A stretch of DNA of 64,000 nt, from NCBI GenBank assembly GCA_032718475.1, contig JAUCBJ010004405.1, forward strand, positions 1-64,000, written 5' to 3'. Source of the DNA: Nemertoderma westbladi. Lineage: Eukaryota > Animalia > Xenacoelomorpha. The notes beneath the pieces are model-generated. The model was not told the origin of the DNA, made no database searches, and saw nothing but the letters and a program-made list of their open reading frames with translations. Numbering within the stretch: the first letter of the stretch is position 1; every line of letters starts with the position of its first letter. Below, one piece after another: positions 31,109 through 45,130 of this stretch. A program made the position numbers and the translations under genes.

Positions 31109-33929
31109 CTTCTATCAATATTATTAATAGGTGGGCAAAAATTATCTCGGCTTTACTTTGTATAACAAAAACCGAGACGAATTTAGTTTGTAAAGAAAAA
31201 ATAAATAAAAGTAAGATAAGTAAGATAAGTAAATATTTAATGTCTGGGGCTTTCGCCCCCAGCCGCTATGCGACTTATCAGACAAATTGACACAAATCAC
31301 AATGGATAACTAACAGCAAAACCAACAAACCGCACCGAAACAAACAGCACCTGAATATACCGCATAAAACTTACAAAGTATAATTTCATATATAAGATTA
31401 TACGTCTAAGTCTACCTACACTATACAGTAACCTACTTTTTACTTTAATGTTTTAAATTAAGTTTTACGCCTCAACAAAACCCACTGCCTTGCCGCTTAA
31501 ACAACAATACCCACTACTGCCCTTCTTGGCACCCCAATAAAATTGGCGATTAAAATAATCTATAAACTTTGTGTTAAATAAATCCTTATAAGGGATGTGT
31601 TTCTGTATAATGATAATATGATACATTATTAAATGAATTTAATATTAGCATCGCCGATATTATATTTTAAACAATTTCAATTTTCTACAAACACATAATA
31701 CACGTTCGTGGGGCCTTCGCGCAGCACGAGGTACAGTTATGAGATACAAATTAAAATTAAGCGACTGTATCACAAAATCAGGTTTTGAGAAATTTACCCA
31801 CACCACCAATCAATCAAAGAAAGGGGGACAGTACGTGTTCACCCCTTTTAATCCCCCCCCCCCCCCCACCCTTCTCAACCACCAATACATAACCGTGACA
31901 TCTACCACCCACGGAAGGGTAGAACGAACTTATTTCCAATCGCACGTTAAATATGCAAAGCCAGGTGGTGTATATGAATATAATCAACGCCGTACTCGTC
32001 TTAATTATTATAAGCGTCGTTCAATCGTTGCGCTCGTCCAGAGTAAGTCCCCCCCCCCCCCCCCCCCCCCCCTATCAGAAAGATTTACTCAACAAAAAAT
32101 AGTGTAAATAAATAAACAACTACAAGGATAAGAGGTCATGTGTAGGAAAGCTAATCAGACGATACCTTTACTAATATATTGAGCTGCATTGATCTATACA
32201 TAGTAATGTTGGGTGATGGGGGGGGGGGGGGGGGGGGGGGGGTGAGGGGTAGGGGGTGTCTGGGTGGGTTGTTAGTATTAGGGTGCACAATATCGACGCA
32301 CGCGCAGGAATGTGTTGATGTTTAATAGCACCGCATTCCCGCGTTAGAAAGCATCCCCAATTGGAATAAATAAATAAATTAAACGCGTTTCGTTATGTTC
32401 CTCGACTTATATTATTCTCTCCACGGACGAGTTATTAGCTGCTAGACAGGTAGACCTAGTCCCCCACAACAACGGTCATACCTTCAATCAATCAATCAAT
32501 TGAGCTCATATGAGCTCGTATATTAGTTTTATTTATAAATTGAAATCTCACGAATTAATAGGCCTATTAGCTGATTAGTGAACTATCATATGTTAGACCA
32601 TATATATATATTATATATTGGACCTTATCAAAATAGCGGTTGTACTGGGGCGGTATATGTTGTTCTCTAACCCACTGCAAGCGCATTTGAGGGGCCGGTA
32701 TGTTTTAATAACTTCTGGTACAACGGGATGCAGTATTACAGCGCCAAGTAGATTTAATCTGATCAGAATATTCCGGACGCTAAGTTCATGTCATTCCCGA
32801 TAAGTCGGGACTTTACAAAACTCGTGGATAAAACCGCGTGTAGCAGAGAGCAGATAAATTGGGTTGAATTGCAAAACAGAATAATATGGAACTGTAAGTG
32901 GAACTGCGGCGATTTGGGTTTTTTTGTTATGGTGAATAGTCAGCCTGTCCGCGATATGTTCAGCTGCCCTTTTTAATGGGTTGCAGGTACAAATGAAATA
33001 CACATTGCAGTTACTAAAATAAAAGTGGCGCATATTATTGTACATTTACAACAACAATTATATAAATGCAATATGCCTGATCCCTATTAATGTACTTTGT
33101 ACCGCCAATTCTGTAATTCAATAACGCAAAGCCGCGTTTACTGTACAGCAGCACGTAATATATTTGATACTTATTATACTAACTAAACTAACAAACCGCA
33201 AGGCCTACTTACCGAAATAAATTAACTTTCAGTTAAATACAATATACTTGTTTGCTCTGTAAAAATTTTAATTAAAAACAATCCTGCCATTTAATATACC
33301 TAATTAGCATGGTTGCGTAAGCAGTATGAATTGGAATGAAATTGTGAAATAATTTATTTAAACTATTATGTACATTTAGATTAAATAATAATACAGTAAG
33401 TTGGCCTACAGAAATAAACATTGATATTCGGAACAGTAAAACAATTATTTATTTCATTCATTCAACTAACCAGAGAGACTCATAGCTCCAGTGAATATTA
33501 ACATCCCGACGTTACTTTAGTAATAATATTAATGTCATTGAACCCGATACACACACACCTCCAATCAGCCAGTTCAATGGAGAGTGAGTGAATGGATGGC
33601 TACTAGCAGCAGCAGCAGTCTGCCTCTTACAAGCAAGGCTGACTGAATACCTCAAGTGTTGCTGGGAATCAAGCCAACTTGGATGTTAACCAATAAATGA
33701 GCAGTATTTAATGAGAATACATTTTTTATGCCGGTTTAATTACTTTAGATCAATTAAAGACACGATTATTAAAGCAAATCACTTGAACTAATTAAAAACT
33801 ATAATAGAATGGAGTATGCGGATTACATCTGTATATTTTTTAAGTATAATTATTGAAGTCTTATACTGTAAAACAATTAATTTCCTTTAAAAGGCAGGTT
33901 GAAAATGGTGTTTTTACCGTAATCAACTT

Positions 33930-34176
33930 AATTAACTAATTAACTGCTATTATCTTAGCTTCTCGAAGGCCACACGGAAATTCTACTTGGAAAATTTCTA
34001 AACTTTTGCCATACAACATGTGTACCAAGTTTGGATAGATTTCATCAAAGATTGGCCGAGTTATTAACGTTTAAAATTGAACACGACAGAACGACAGAAC
34101 GACAGAACGACAGAACGACAGGTTGATTAATGGTACCACTACGCTAAGGCTCACTCACTTCGTGGCTCGCCCCACA
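33930..34176 (+). mobile_element. 3' fragment of a DINE-1/HINE-like (Helentron-associated) repeat
   Basis: (GACAGAAC)n microsatellite then cgctaaggctc...acttcgtggctcgccccaca, the same end as 46370-46405. Confidence 0.5.
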
Positions 34177-34497
34177 TATTGCTAAAATTTGCGGTTTAAC
34201 AAGCAAGACAATTATTAAGCGCATTTAAAGTTAAAGTTAAAGTTAAAGCATTATATCCCGGGCAAGTGATAGTTAACCATACCTACCTGCCATCAATCTC
34301 ACGTACTGGTACTGCTGTGCCTTTGGGTTGGGGAGGAACTGCCCCCCACCCCCGTTCGTTGATTAATTGGCAGTTTTCTTAATATTCTCAAAATAACGAT
34401 TTTGTGATAGAATCACTCAATTTAAATTTATGTCTCATAATTGAGTCTCGTGCAGCGTGAAGTCCCCACGAACGTGTATACACGTTCCAAGGTTCTA

Positions 34498-34863
34498 GGA
34501 CAGGTGGGCCAAACACATTCTGTCCAAAAATTAACCACAACGATATGGGAATGTCACGATTGGGTACTGTAGTATTTACAGCGTATTTGTGGCGGCCTAA
34601 ATCCTAATTAAAACTGTCATGTAACCCTAACCTTAAGTCACAATCTAAGAAATTTAGCGGAATTTCCGTCATTATTGCTTAGATTATGACGTAGGGTTAG
34701 GGTTACATGACATTTTTCATTAGGGTTTAGGCCTGACCAACTAACCCTAACCAAAACAATAAACCAAACATACCCATTATTGGTTCAGATGTGAAACACA
34801 TTTGGGGCAAATGTGGTTAGTTGTGATTAATTTTTGACCCAAATGTGGTTGGCCCAACTGTCC
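34498..34863. mobile_element. MITE with ~45-bp imperfect TIRs and internal TAACCC-like units
   Basis: ggacaggtgggccaa...aaaattaaccacaac versus gttgtgattaatttt...ttggcccaactgtcc. Confidence 0.7.
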
Positions 34864-35324
34864 GATCACGCGATCAAACATTAGACAGATGCAACATGTA
34901 GGACAACGCGGATTTGACCTGTAGTTCTAAGCTGTATGCTAACTATAGTGAAGGAGAATGGAAAACCTTTTAAACGACCAATTATAATATTGAAGATTAC
35001 TACTAAAGAGAGACATCCAAATAGAATGGGAAGCAGAAAGTTAAATGTTGGCATGTGATTGGCTAATATATACCTAGGGCAACCTACGCCTGTGATTGGC
35101 TACTAAATATCTATTGCTCAGTAGGATGGCCAACAACAGCTCATCATCATCTTTTAAAGAGTTGTTTTTTTATTGTTAACATTTGAACTACATAAAAAGT
35201 TTTTAATAGTTGTTATTTAGTTCATTGAAATAGTTTAATTAGTGGCGAACACAAACCTACTTGTTATTAATTTAATTTGTTGACGATATTTGGTGTTATT
35301 GAGGTAAACGAGTTTAAATTATTA

Positions 35325-35382
35325 ATGATGACAAAATTTTCCACGAACCGACTTCTGCTGCATGTCTTTTTTGTACTACACG
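35325..35382 (+). CDS. Putative first coding (signal peptide) exon of the NCAM-like gene: MMTKFSTNRLLLHVFFVLH
   Basis: ATG, hydrophobic stretch and phase-1 G|GTAAGT donor. Joins in frame to the acceptor at 51635. Two ATTGG boxes upstream (~35058, ~35095). Confidence 0.5.
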
Positions 35383-35624
35383 GTAAGTGATTCTACAAGT
35401 TTGGGGAATCTAAACTTTCAGATCGAGATATCTATTTACTTCATTAAGGGTTTAGCTTGGCGCTTATGGTTAAGTTTATTTAATATTTAACTATATGTGT
35501 TCAAGAGTATTATTTCACGACTTAAAATGAGGAGCCCCCCCCCCCCCACCCACCAAAAAAAAAATTAAAAACAATTGCATGAATTTCCAAGATACAGTGT
35601 AAATTTTCGTGGACCGCGAATCGA

Positions 35625-35750
35625 ATACATACATACATACATACATACATACATACATACATACATACATACATACATACATACATACATACATACATAC
35701 ATACATACATACATACATACATACATACACACATACATACATACATACAT
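35625..35750. repeat. (ATAC)n microsatellite
   Basis: Directly visible. Confidence 0.98.
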
Positions 35751-36744
35751 GCATAGATATGCGAGTCCTAACATCGAAAATATTAAACTTTCAAGTGCCA
35801 CTCTCAATTTGATTGGGCTGCAAGAAATTATCCACATCAACAATGCAATATTAGGGCATAACATCCTTCAAATACTTCCGTCAAATACAAATTGTATTTT
35901 AATGAAGAAATATTTGTGGCACCAATTGTTCGTATCTGCGAGAAAGGTAACCCTATAAGTTTCAATCTTTCTAATAATTCACAACCGCGTTTAAGCATTA
36001 GCAGCAGTTAACTTAATTAACTTGGGGAGATATATTTCACAAACTGAGCATTGGGTTTCCATTTTTGTTCCATAATCAAAAACATCCTCAGTAATATAAA
36101 ATCTACAAATCAAATTTGTCCATGGATCAAGCTCAGTCACGTGTCTAAAATGACATGCCTACATACATATACTAAACTACATACACCGCATTGTACATTG
36201 TACAGTAACATTGTCTTATTGACAGATACAGCTGAATAATCTGACAAAATACATAACTAAAGCGAACTTCTCTTTAATAGTAACTCCATTCAACTGAATG
36301 AAAAGTAAAGTTTTATTAAGCCAGTTTGCCAGCGATTGCTTGAATACTTATTTCCAGAGCGGTCCCCCCAGAACTATATCCCAAGATGAAACTTGTACTC
36401 ATTTAGCTACCATTTAACGATGCAAGGAAAAGATGTGCCCTTCCAATTATTATCATCAAAGCATTTTTTCCGTAATGAAAACTTCTGATGATTTACTTTT
36501 GTGAATTCAAGGTAGCGGATTAAACACCGAGGTGGGACTTTATTTTTCGATCTTTTAATTCGCATTTCCAAGGAATAATGAGCAAAAAAAATGAGTAAAA
36601 AATGAGCATTTAAATATCAGATTATAAAGAGAACAAAATGTACTCAAAGATTATGATTTATTTAAAAGATCCACTTTCGAATTTTTAGTTTAATTCAATG
36701 AATTTATGGGAAGTTTTTAGTTTGTGGAGCAAAATATATATGTT

Positions 36745-36973
36745 TCAAAGCAAAAGCAAACAGTCGGCCGGAGCCGGGCCGAGGCGACCCAAAGGCTCCT
36801 CTTTCGATAGCTGCGGTGGGCGCTACTCCTATCCCAAGATTTGCTCCCAGTTATTTAACTGGTACTCATTTTATCGACCCCAGTGCATGAAAGGCTGAGT
36901 GGACCCTGGCGGGGCTGAACCTACAACCATTAGATTGCAGGCCAGGCGCTCAACCAACTGAGCTACCCAGCCT
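36745..36973 (-). mobile_element. tRNA-derived SINE with a MetaSINE/Sauria-type central block
   Basis: Minus strand: GGCTGGGTAGCTCAGTTGG (A box), GGTTCAGCCC (B box), ACTCAGCCTTTCAT...GGGGTCGATAAAATGAGTACCAG core, (TTTGC)-like tail. Superfamily assigned from memory. Confidence 0.7.
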
Positions 36974-39182
36974 TAATATATGTTTACTGAGTTCTTATGG
37001 TTAGTGAGTTCTTATTAATAATTACCAACGTAATTACTGATCTAGAATACATTATGCGAATTCAATATAATAAACTTCTGGATCATTGATTGGATAACTA
37101 TTTTTTATCCGCAAAAAATACTGCCCTTTGAAATTTGATTAAAAAGCCGCAAAAAATACTGAAATTTAATTCGTTATTGTTCCGCATTTTGCGGACAAAA
37201 AAGGGGATAATTAAAATAAGATATATTTTACCCCACTATCGATACACATGTCTATAATGTATTTTTTCAGTACGTAAATTTTAACCACATTGCCTTGTGG
37301 TTGTCCTGAATTATTTACCCATAATGAGCCGAAATGCTGCATGAGTAAACACGTAACAACCTGAAACAAACCAAAATATAAGCAAATGTTATTCCTCCTT
37401 ACATATGCGTCCACCGTTGAGAAATGCTAATTTCTTTATGTAATTTGGATGACAGCGGTATCTGTCAGTCACCCAGAAGTTCTGTGCTGTCCTCATTGTA
37501 AATACAAGTTCGCCATGTGTGTCCGATGCTATTCATACTGGGTGTTGTGCCTTATATTTCCCTGTTCAAAAAGCCATTTATTAAGTAATAACAATAGGAG
37601 CTATATTGCCTTACTTTCCGATGACTTAGCCAACATGCATCTACCGTGGTGTCTAAACCGACATCTGTAACAAAAGAACCCAATTAACAGGGTAAGAGAG
37701 AAACAAAAGTTTCCGTGTAATTAAAGCTTGCTTTTTTCGTGTTATTATTAAACTGAGTTGGACATTAAAGGTGTCAAAAGTTAATCAATGACAGTGGAAC
37801 AAAAATGGTTAATTTATGGAACCCTCCCAAATTGATATTGGAAACCAGTTCTCATAAATATTTCCATTTCTTTTGCTACAAAATAAGCAACTTAACAATT
37901 AATTTCATATTATAAATTTTCCAATTCAAAAGGGCGATTGATTTTTTCAATGTTCAGTTTACTTATGCAGAACTTTCCGACTCACTTGTTGTACCTACCG
38001 CTAGTAGTACTGTAGTGTAGTACAGTTTCAGTATGTCTGATAGCAGACTGGCAGAGTAAAACAGTCTATTGGTGAATGTTAAAATGAAGTTGTATAAAAT
38101 AGATTTTCCAAAAATTCTTACTTTTCCGAAAACTATAAAATTTAGCTAGTTCCATCTACCGTAGCTATTCTTCAGCTCAGCTAGCTAGACACCAGTGTCA
38201 ATGCAGGCGAGTTGTTGGTGATGAGGCTAATGTATTTGACGGAACCATACTGTGTTCAGCCCGACCTAGCTACTATAGTTACAGTAGCTATGTAGAACAA
38301 ATCATAATGCGATTGAGCGAGCGTCCCTTCTAATTACATACTGCCTCTAGGAACGGCAACAACTCGACCGTGTTTTATTAACTCGCTTCATCATGAGTGT
38401 TGGCAGAGCCGTGTATCATTATTGGGGTGATGTACTAACGTCAGGTATTGTTAATAGGCTTGCCCAATATGGTAGAACCCCTGGTGCACGTGATTGCTTG
38501 AGATTCTATCTCAAAGTGTCTATTATTCAATGTTAAGGGAGAGGAAGGCCCTTTACATGTTTAACTCAATTTGAATTTTGGAAAAAAAAAATTGAAGAGG
38601 GGCCAATATTAAATTAAATATCTTAGTATCTCAACTGAAAACTATACGTTATAAAAACAAGGTGATGAATTTGTTTCGGGAACTTGTTTTTGTTTCTTTA
38701 TAAAGTTAATTTTTTCAGCGATTTTTGTATGTCATTATAATTCACCGCTTTAATTTTTATTATAATTTTTTTTGGGCACAGCTTAGCAAATTCGGCAATG
38801 ACATCCAATCCAATCCAATCATTCGCAGCTCCAATATGCTCAATTAGCCGTAGTTTAGTTAATTCATGTAAGCTGTACCTGTTACTAATTATATTATTGT
38901 TTTGGTTGGTGTTACCCCCTCTGTTAAAGTGGAAACTTTGGTGTCCCTAACATATTGTCTGATATATATCCATCCATGCCCGCGGGGCTCTGTTGTACAC
39001 TGGGAACACTGCAAAAAGACTGATGTACAGTAGAGCAGCACAAGACTGGTGTTCAGTAGAGCAGCACAAGACCCACTGCTGCACGGGGGATAATTCCCTC
39101 TGTTAAGGGGTTCCGGTAAGAAGGTCCGAATCAAACGAAGGTCTAATAGGTAGTAGATTAAGGATATTAGTAGATTAAGCAT

Positions 39183-40043
39183 CAGCTTGGTCTAGTGGTG
39201 ACATTCCTGTGCTTCCAATTAGCCCTGGTTCGATCCCTAGAAGGGCAGCACTGTTTGGGCACAGTGCTTAAAATGCTGCAGCCTATAGCCCAACCCTGGC
39301 TTACAGGGTTTACTGTGGAAGGTCACCCATGGTGGTAAACAGGCATTCCTTTAGGAAACAGAGTGGAAGGGTTTACTGTGGAAGATCACCCATGGTGGTG
39401 AACAGGCATTCTTTTAGGGAAACAGAATGGAGGGGTTTACTGTGGAAGATCACCCATGGTGGTGAACAGGCATTCCTTTATGAAACAGAGTGGAAGGGTT
39501 TACTGTGGAAGATCACCCATGGTGGTGAACAGGCATTCCTTTGGGAAGCAGAGTGGAAGGGTTTACTGTGGAAGATCACCCATGGTGGTGAACAGGCATT
39601 CCTTTAGGGAAACAGAATGGATGGGTTTAGTGTGGAAGATCACCCATGGTGGTGAACAGGCATTCCTTTATGAAACAGAGTGGAAGGGTTTACTGTGGAA
39701 GATCACCCATGGTGGTGAACAGGCATTCCTTTGGGAAGCAGAGTGGAAGGGTTTACTGTGGAAGATCACCCATGGTGGTGAACAGGCATTCCTTTGGGAA
39801 GCAGAGTGGAAGGGTTTACTGTGGAAGATCACCCATGGTGGTGAACAGGCATTCCTTTAGGGAAACAGAATGGATGGGTTTAGTGTGGAAGATCACCCAT
39901 GGTGGTAAACTGGCATTCCTTTAGGAAACAGAGAGGAAGGGTTTACTGTGAAAGATCACCCATGGTGGTGAACATGCATTCCTTTAGGAAACAGAGTGGA
40001 AGGGTTTGCTGTGGAAGATCACCCATGGTGGAAAACAGGCATT
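39183..40043 (+). mobile_element. tRNA-like head followed by ~12 copies of the 63-bp unit (inverted relative to 29243-31108)
   Basis: A box TGGTCTAGTGG at 39188-39198, B box GGTTCGATCC at 39227-39236; array from 39306. Confidence 0.75.
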
Positions 40044-40449
40044 TCTTGGCGTAACGAGCAAAAAATTCTCCATTCATTAAGGGTAATTTCATTCAATGAG
40101 CATGGTACAGTGGGAAGTTATTATATCCAGTTTAAATGGATGAAACTGAAGAACACTTTAGGACCTATGCCTCATTCGGCCCTTCAAGTAGGCCTTTAAC
40201 TGGACAGATGGTTGTGGCTGACAATGATTTTCCTTTACATATACTGAAATCATACTGGTATCCATGACAACAGAGTCCCTTACTCAACATTGGCTACCAA
40301 AGTTGACTTTAATTTATCTGAATTATAAACCCATTTTCACAAGTTTGTCAATCCATGAACTTTTATACCCTTCCATAGTCATTGAATGCCTGACCGACAC
40401 AGTTAAATGTAGCCCATATCTTCCACTTTCACTGTGTAAGTGTCATACT

Positions 40450-41792
40450 GTCATATTGACCCCCCCCCCCCCCCCCCCCTCTAAAATCCAGAAATTTTTA
40501 CGAAAACGTCTGATTTTTTGCTTGTACGTAGGTATCACTAGTCTGGATCCGACCGAAAAAATGTACAGGGGTGGTTATATTGCAGCACCAAAATTACAAG
40601 TAGCGCACAATTTTCACAAAATTTGAAAGTTACATTTTTCGGCTAATTGTTTTTCAATACAGGTTTTCTGGGGCGCAAAATACATTGGAAAATATTTAAA
40701 AAGGATATGATTACTATAAATGGCTGTTTAGTTCTCTCTGTGTAGGAAAAAAATGAAAAAAACAAGTAACCAGCACTTTTCAGTTAGAACACAAAATTTT
40801 TAATTCATTGATACGACGCTATAAATTCACATTGTCAGGTTTTCTAGGGAGCTGATTCTTATGGAATACATTTATAATATGCCAGATCATTGCTACTTGT
40901 ATTTTCGGCGTAATTTGGCAAATTTTGGTGCTAGCACCAAATTTCGTACCCATCACCAAAAAGTACAAGTTTGCGATGTCCAGTGCTGTTTTTATTGATT
41001 CCATCGGATTCAAGACCCTCATAAACCCGTATAACGTAAGAAACAAGATGATACTATCTACTGATCAATTTGCTTTTTTTCAAAAATTTGGTGCTGAGGT
41101 ACAACAATTTTCACCTACCGGCGAAAAATACAAGTTTGAAAACTGTTATGAAATTTTTACTGATTCCATTGATTTCAGAACCCTCACAAAGCCGTATAAC
41201 ACAAGAAACAAGGTGACACAATAAATTGATATATTTGATGGTTTTCCAAATTTCGTGCTAGCACCAAAATTTGCACACAGCACCGTAAAGTACAAGATTG
41301 ATACACTTGGTGCAACTCGTATATATTCCATCGAAAGCAGAAGCCTAAAAAACCCCAATTGCGTAAAATACAAGTTTCAAATAATCAATTGACAAAATTG
41401 ACATATTTCAAAATTTGGTGCTGGCACAAAAATTTGGCACCCGCCGAAAAAGACATGTTTGAAATTTCTAAATTAATTTATATGAATTCCATCCAATTGC
41501 TAACACCAAAATCGGTATAAATCAAAAATAGAGATGTTACAATTCATATTTAATGAAATGTAATTTTCAAAAAACGTCTCAAAAAAGTGCCAAAAGTAGG
41601 GTTAAAAAATGGTGCTATAATTCGAAAACTACCCAATATTTTTGAAAACGGGTTTCACTACTAGGAAGACAATAGATTTTTAGGAAAAGTCATAAAATGT
41701 CAGATTACCAACTGCGTTTGTTTCAGAATTATAACAAAAAAACCACGGGGGGGGGGGGTCATATTGACCCTCCCCGGGTTTAATAGGGTTAA
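40450..41792. mobile_element. Non-autonomous DNA transposon, piggyBac-like right end, with internal diverged ~165-bp repeats
   Basis: Ends ...AGGG-TTAA. Subterminal ggtcatattgacc palindrome near both ends. Recurrent aaatttggtgctRgcaccaaa units. Left end appears truncated. Confidence 0.55.
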
Positions 41793-44700
41793 AGGATCAG
41801 GTTAGTAAAGGAGCAGGTTACCGAGGCGTGTTGGGGGAACCAAAACAATAACCGAAAATTAACGCTTGTAACAAGATTATGCAGGTTACTTAATTGGGTC
41901 TTTGGTCTTTGTTTTGTACTCTCCCGAAACTCCACGCCATCTACCAACCCGTATCATACTGATACTTCTGGTGGATTTTATCTATGTTCTACGTCTACCC
42001 GCAACCAACGTTGGTTTCTGCGGTTCCAGATTGTGAGACCATACAAACATACCTTAAAGTATATACTACACATATAGTTATGGAGCATTACATGTAAGAC
42101 ATGTATATGCATAGACATAGACATGCATATTAGCAAATTGCTTATACATAATTACACATCAATTTTTAAGCAACATGCCTATTACTCAATCTGATTGTTT
42201 GATTTATGCGCCTCATATATAGGGTATAACCTGTATGTATAGGGTATAGGGTATATATAGAGATAGGACATGGAACATCAATTACTTTTCAGTAAGCTCA
42301 ATTATTCGAGGTATTAGGGCATTAAAGCTGCACACTCCACACAGGATGAACTATTACCCTGATGATAACGCACAGAATCCTAAGTTAGTTCTTCACCACA
42401 AACGGGGCCAGTAAACTACCCTGGGGCTTCCTTCCTGTAGTCAGACATTCTCATAGCTTCAATCTATATAGCTGTTGTAGAGGAGTGCTTTATTACATAG
42501 GATAGTCGTGGCTCAACTATTTCTTGATTTAATTTTTGAGAAACGCTCACACACAGTATGTGAGGAGAGGAAATCATGAGGTCGTAGGGGGGATGAAGCG
42601 TGATTTCCTCGACTAACCGGAAGTGCGCTAAGCAAATCTCGAGGCCAATTGGCACCAGTTTTAATGATGGTAATTCCTGCCGGGTGCGAGAAATTCTGTT
42701 GGTGAATTTAATGAATAAAACCTTGGTCCATATTAATGTAAGAAAAATGTATCAATTCAGTTAATATTAGCACACTTCTACAAACTTCTACACAGCCTTC
42801 TTCTTCGGCAGTACGAAGACTATGATATGCATGTAAACACAGTAATACACCTTTCATTAATATGCTTTAGTACATGTAGAAATATCTACCTTCAAAGTTG
42901 ATACGGAACATTCCAATTTGAAGAGCTTCCAAGGTCGAATTCACCAGACAGGCCCCAGTTAACATAATAAATGTATTGGTAATAGTTCTATCTAAACTTT
43001 AGGTTCAAGGGATGTACCTTTTTCCGGTTTTAGTTTCAATGTAGAAGTAAATTAAAGTTAAAGGTAAAAAACAATACAGAAAACCTGGAGGCTCCTCTCT
43101 CTTTACCGTTGTTATCTATAAGGTAAGATAGACTCCTCGCTAACTAAAAAGGCCAAATACTGTTGTTACATTTCAACCCATTTTCTTTCTTTCCATATTT
43201 CTTCCAACCATTTGTCGGGTATCCATTACAGCTTGGGCTGTAGCCTCTATTCCAATGTACCTACAATTTAGTCTAATAATTTTGCACTATTCTAGATGAG
43301 CAACCAACAAGGCAAAAACTATTAATGTTAAAAATCTACGGAACAGGAGTGGGAAATTCGATTCCACTTTTAGCTAATGAACAGTGACACATACTGAAGC
43401 CATAAATCTTACGAATTACAACAAAGTACAGTACGATGAAGGCATGCATGTTGCGTAACAAGATACTCACAAAGGAATTCTTGCACAGCTAGTTAATGGA
43501 TTAAAAATAATCATATTCTAAACAACATGCACGTTGCTTATGCAAAATTATAATTTTTCATGAGAAAGAGACAATATCGTTAAGTTAACATGAATATATT
43601 ATGGATATTATTCTGCTGAAAAATATATGAGATTGTTAATGTTATTATTTTAAAATTTAAGATAAAACTCATTACTGTTTCTGGTATGCACTGCACGTGT
43701 GTATATGTTGAGTAGTAAATCTATCAAAGTCTTATCCATCGAAGCAATGTGAGTTATGTAGTGTCATGTTCTTAAAAATTCTGTTGCTGTAGGCGTCATT
43801 ATTTCATTTAATATCTGAGATAACAGTGATGTGTACAGATCAGTACATAAACTTCAAAACACTCTCTATGAAGGCAGAGTGGGTGACCAAGGAAAAGCAG
43901 TCATCACCAAGTTGCTGACTTCTCAACAACAGGCAACTGTGAAGAATACGAAAGTAGGTCAGAATAACGTTAATCACCGTCAGATAACCAGAAGACAGTC
44001 TGTTGGGAATTAGGCCTATTTAGTCGAGCAAGCACTGATGCAGGATTCCATAGCCATGGGTTACCTACTCACTGCAGAAAGTGCAAAGAGCTGGTCCGGT
44101 ACCCGTGTTACCAATGTACCTCTCTCGCACGCACCCTGTAGTGCATGCGAGAGAAAGGCTGGGGTATTAAGTAGGACTACTACAGGTAACAAAGCTAGTT
44201 AATGAAGCGAACGCCATATATATATTGGGGGCAGTTTTATTAGGGTAAGTTTACTTTGGATCGGTTCTTTGTTGCGTCGCTCTGCTGTGCCGATATGCTC
44301 GGCTTCTTTCCCTATCTAACCCCTTGTTGACGGGGAAGGGACAGTGCTAATATAAGTTGATAGTGAAGCGTGACGCTATTTTTTCTCAAGAGGGAATGTT
44401 TGATATATTAAACAACATTTTGCCATATTTTACAAGAATTCTACCAACAGCTCCTAATAACTACTTGACTAAGTAAGGTATTGGAAAATAAAGTCATGCC
44501 TTTCTCCCCCTTTAAAATAATTTAGTTATGCCTTGAATTATTATTGCATAGATTTCAGTATTTGGTAAATTTCAGTATTCTATGGAATTTTGAATGACAT
44601 TATTTGAATTTTAAATAGTTTTGCAGTTAACTGAGCCTCAGACTCAATTTCTTCATTGTTCAGACGAAAGGCGTCGAAACCATAATAAATTATATTTTGT

Positions 44701-45130
44701 TTCGGTAATAAAATTTATGAATTTCCTCTATAGCAATGCATCAAGTAATCATTACTCATTACAAAATTGTTGTAGCTGTAATAGCCATTTGCTAAATATA
44801 AAGAGAACATTTTGTCAAATTTGTACAACATGTGTGTGTAAGGTTAGAAATTTAATTATACAAACATTTTTACGCTAACATTGATCCAATTCTACTGTGG
44901 TTCACCAGAAACAGAGGCTATTGATTATACCAGATGGTGGCTGGATCCTTCACCATTATTATCATTGCCGCTAACAAAATGAAAGTCATTGTCTTGTAAA
45001 ATGGATGTTAAAGTGGACATAAACAAAGAACATCTTTACAGACCACCTACACCAACATCAAAATTAGAATCGTGTTTAAAATGGAATCTAAGCAATCATT
45101 TTTTTTATATACTCACTCACTACTCCGGTT

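Noticed and set aside
31850-32270. Poly-C and poly-G tracts as G-quadruplex elements
   Set aside because: Such tracts recur throughout the window within repeats; no specific signal.
35515-35958. MYVC/IHTY repeat ORFs
   Set aside because: Translations of the (ATAC)n microsatellite.
39306-40043. GATCACCCATG matches part of the MS2 operator hairpin
   Set aside because: The 5' arm ACATGAG is absent; short coincidental match.
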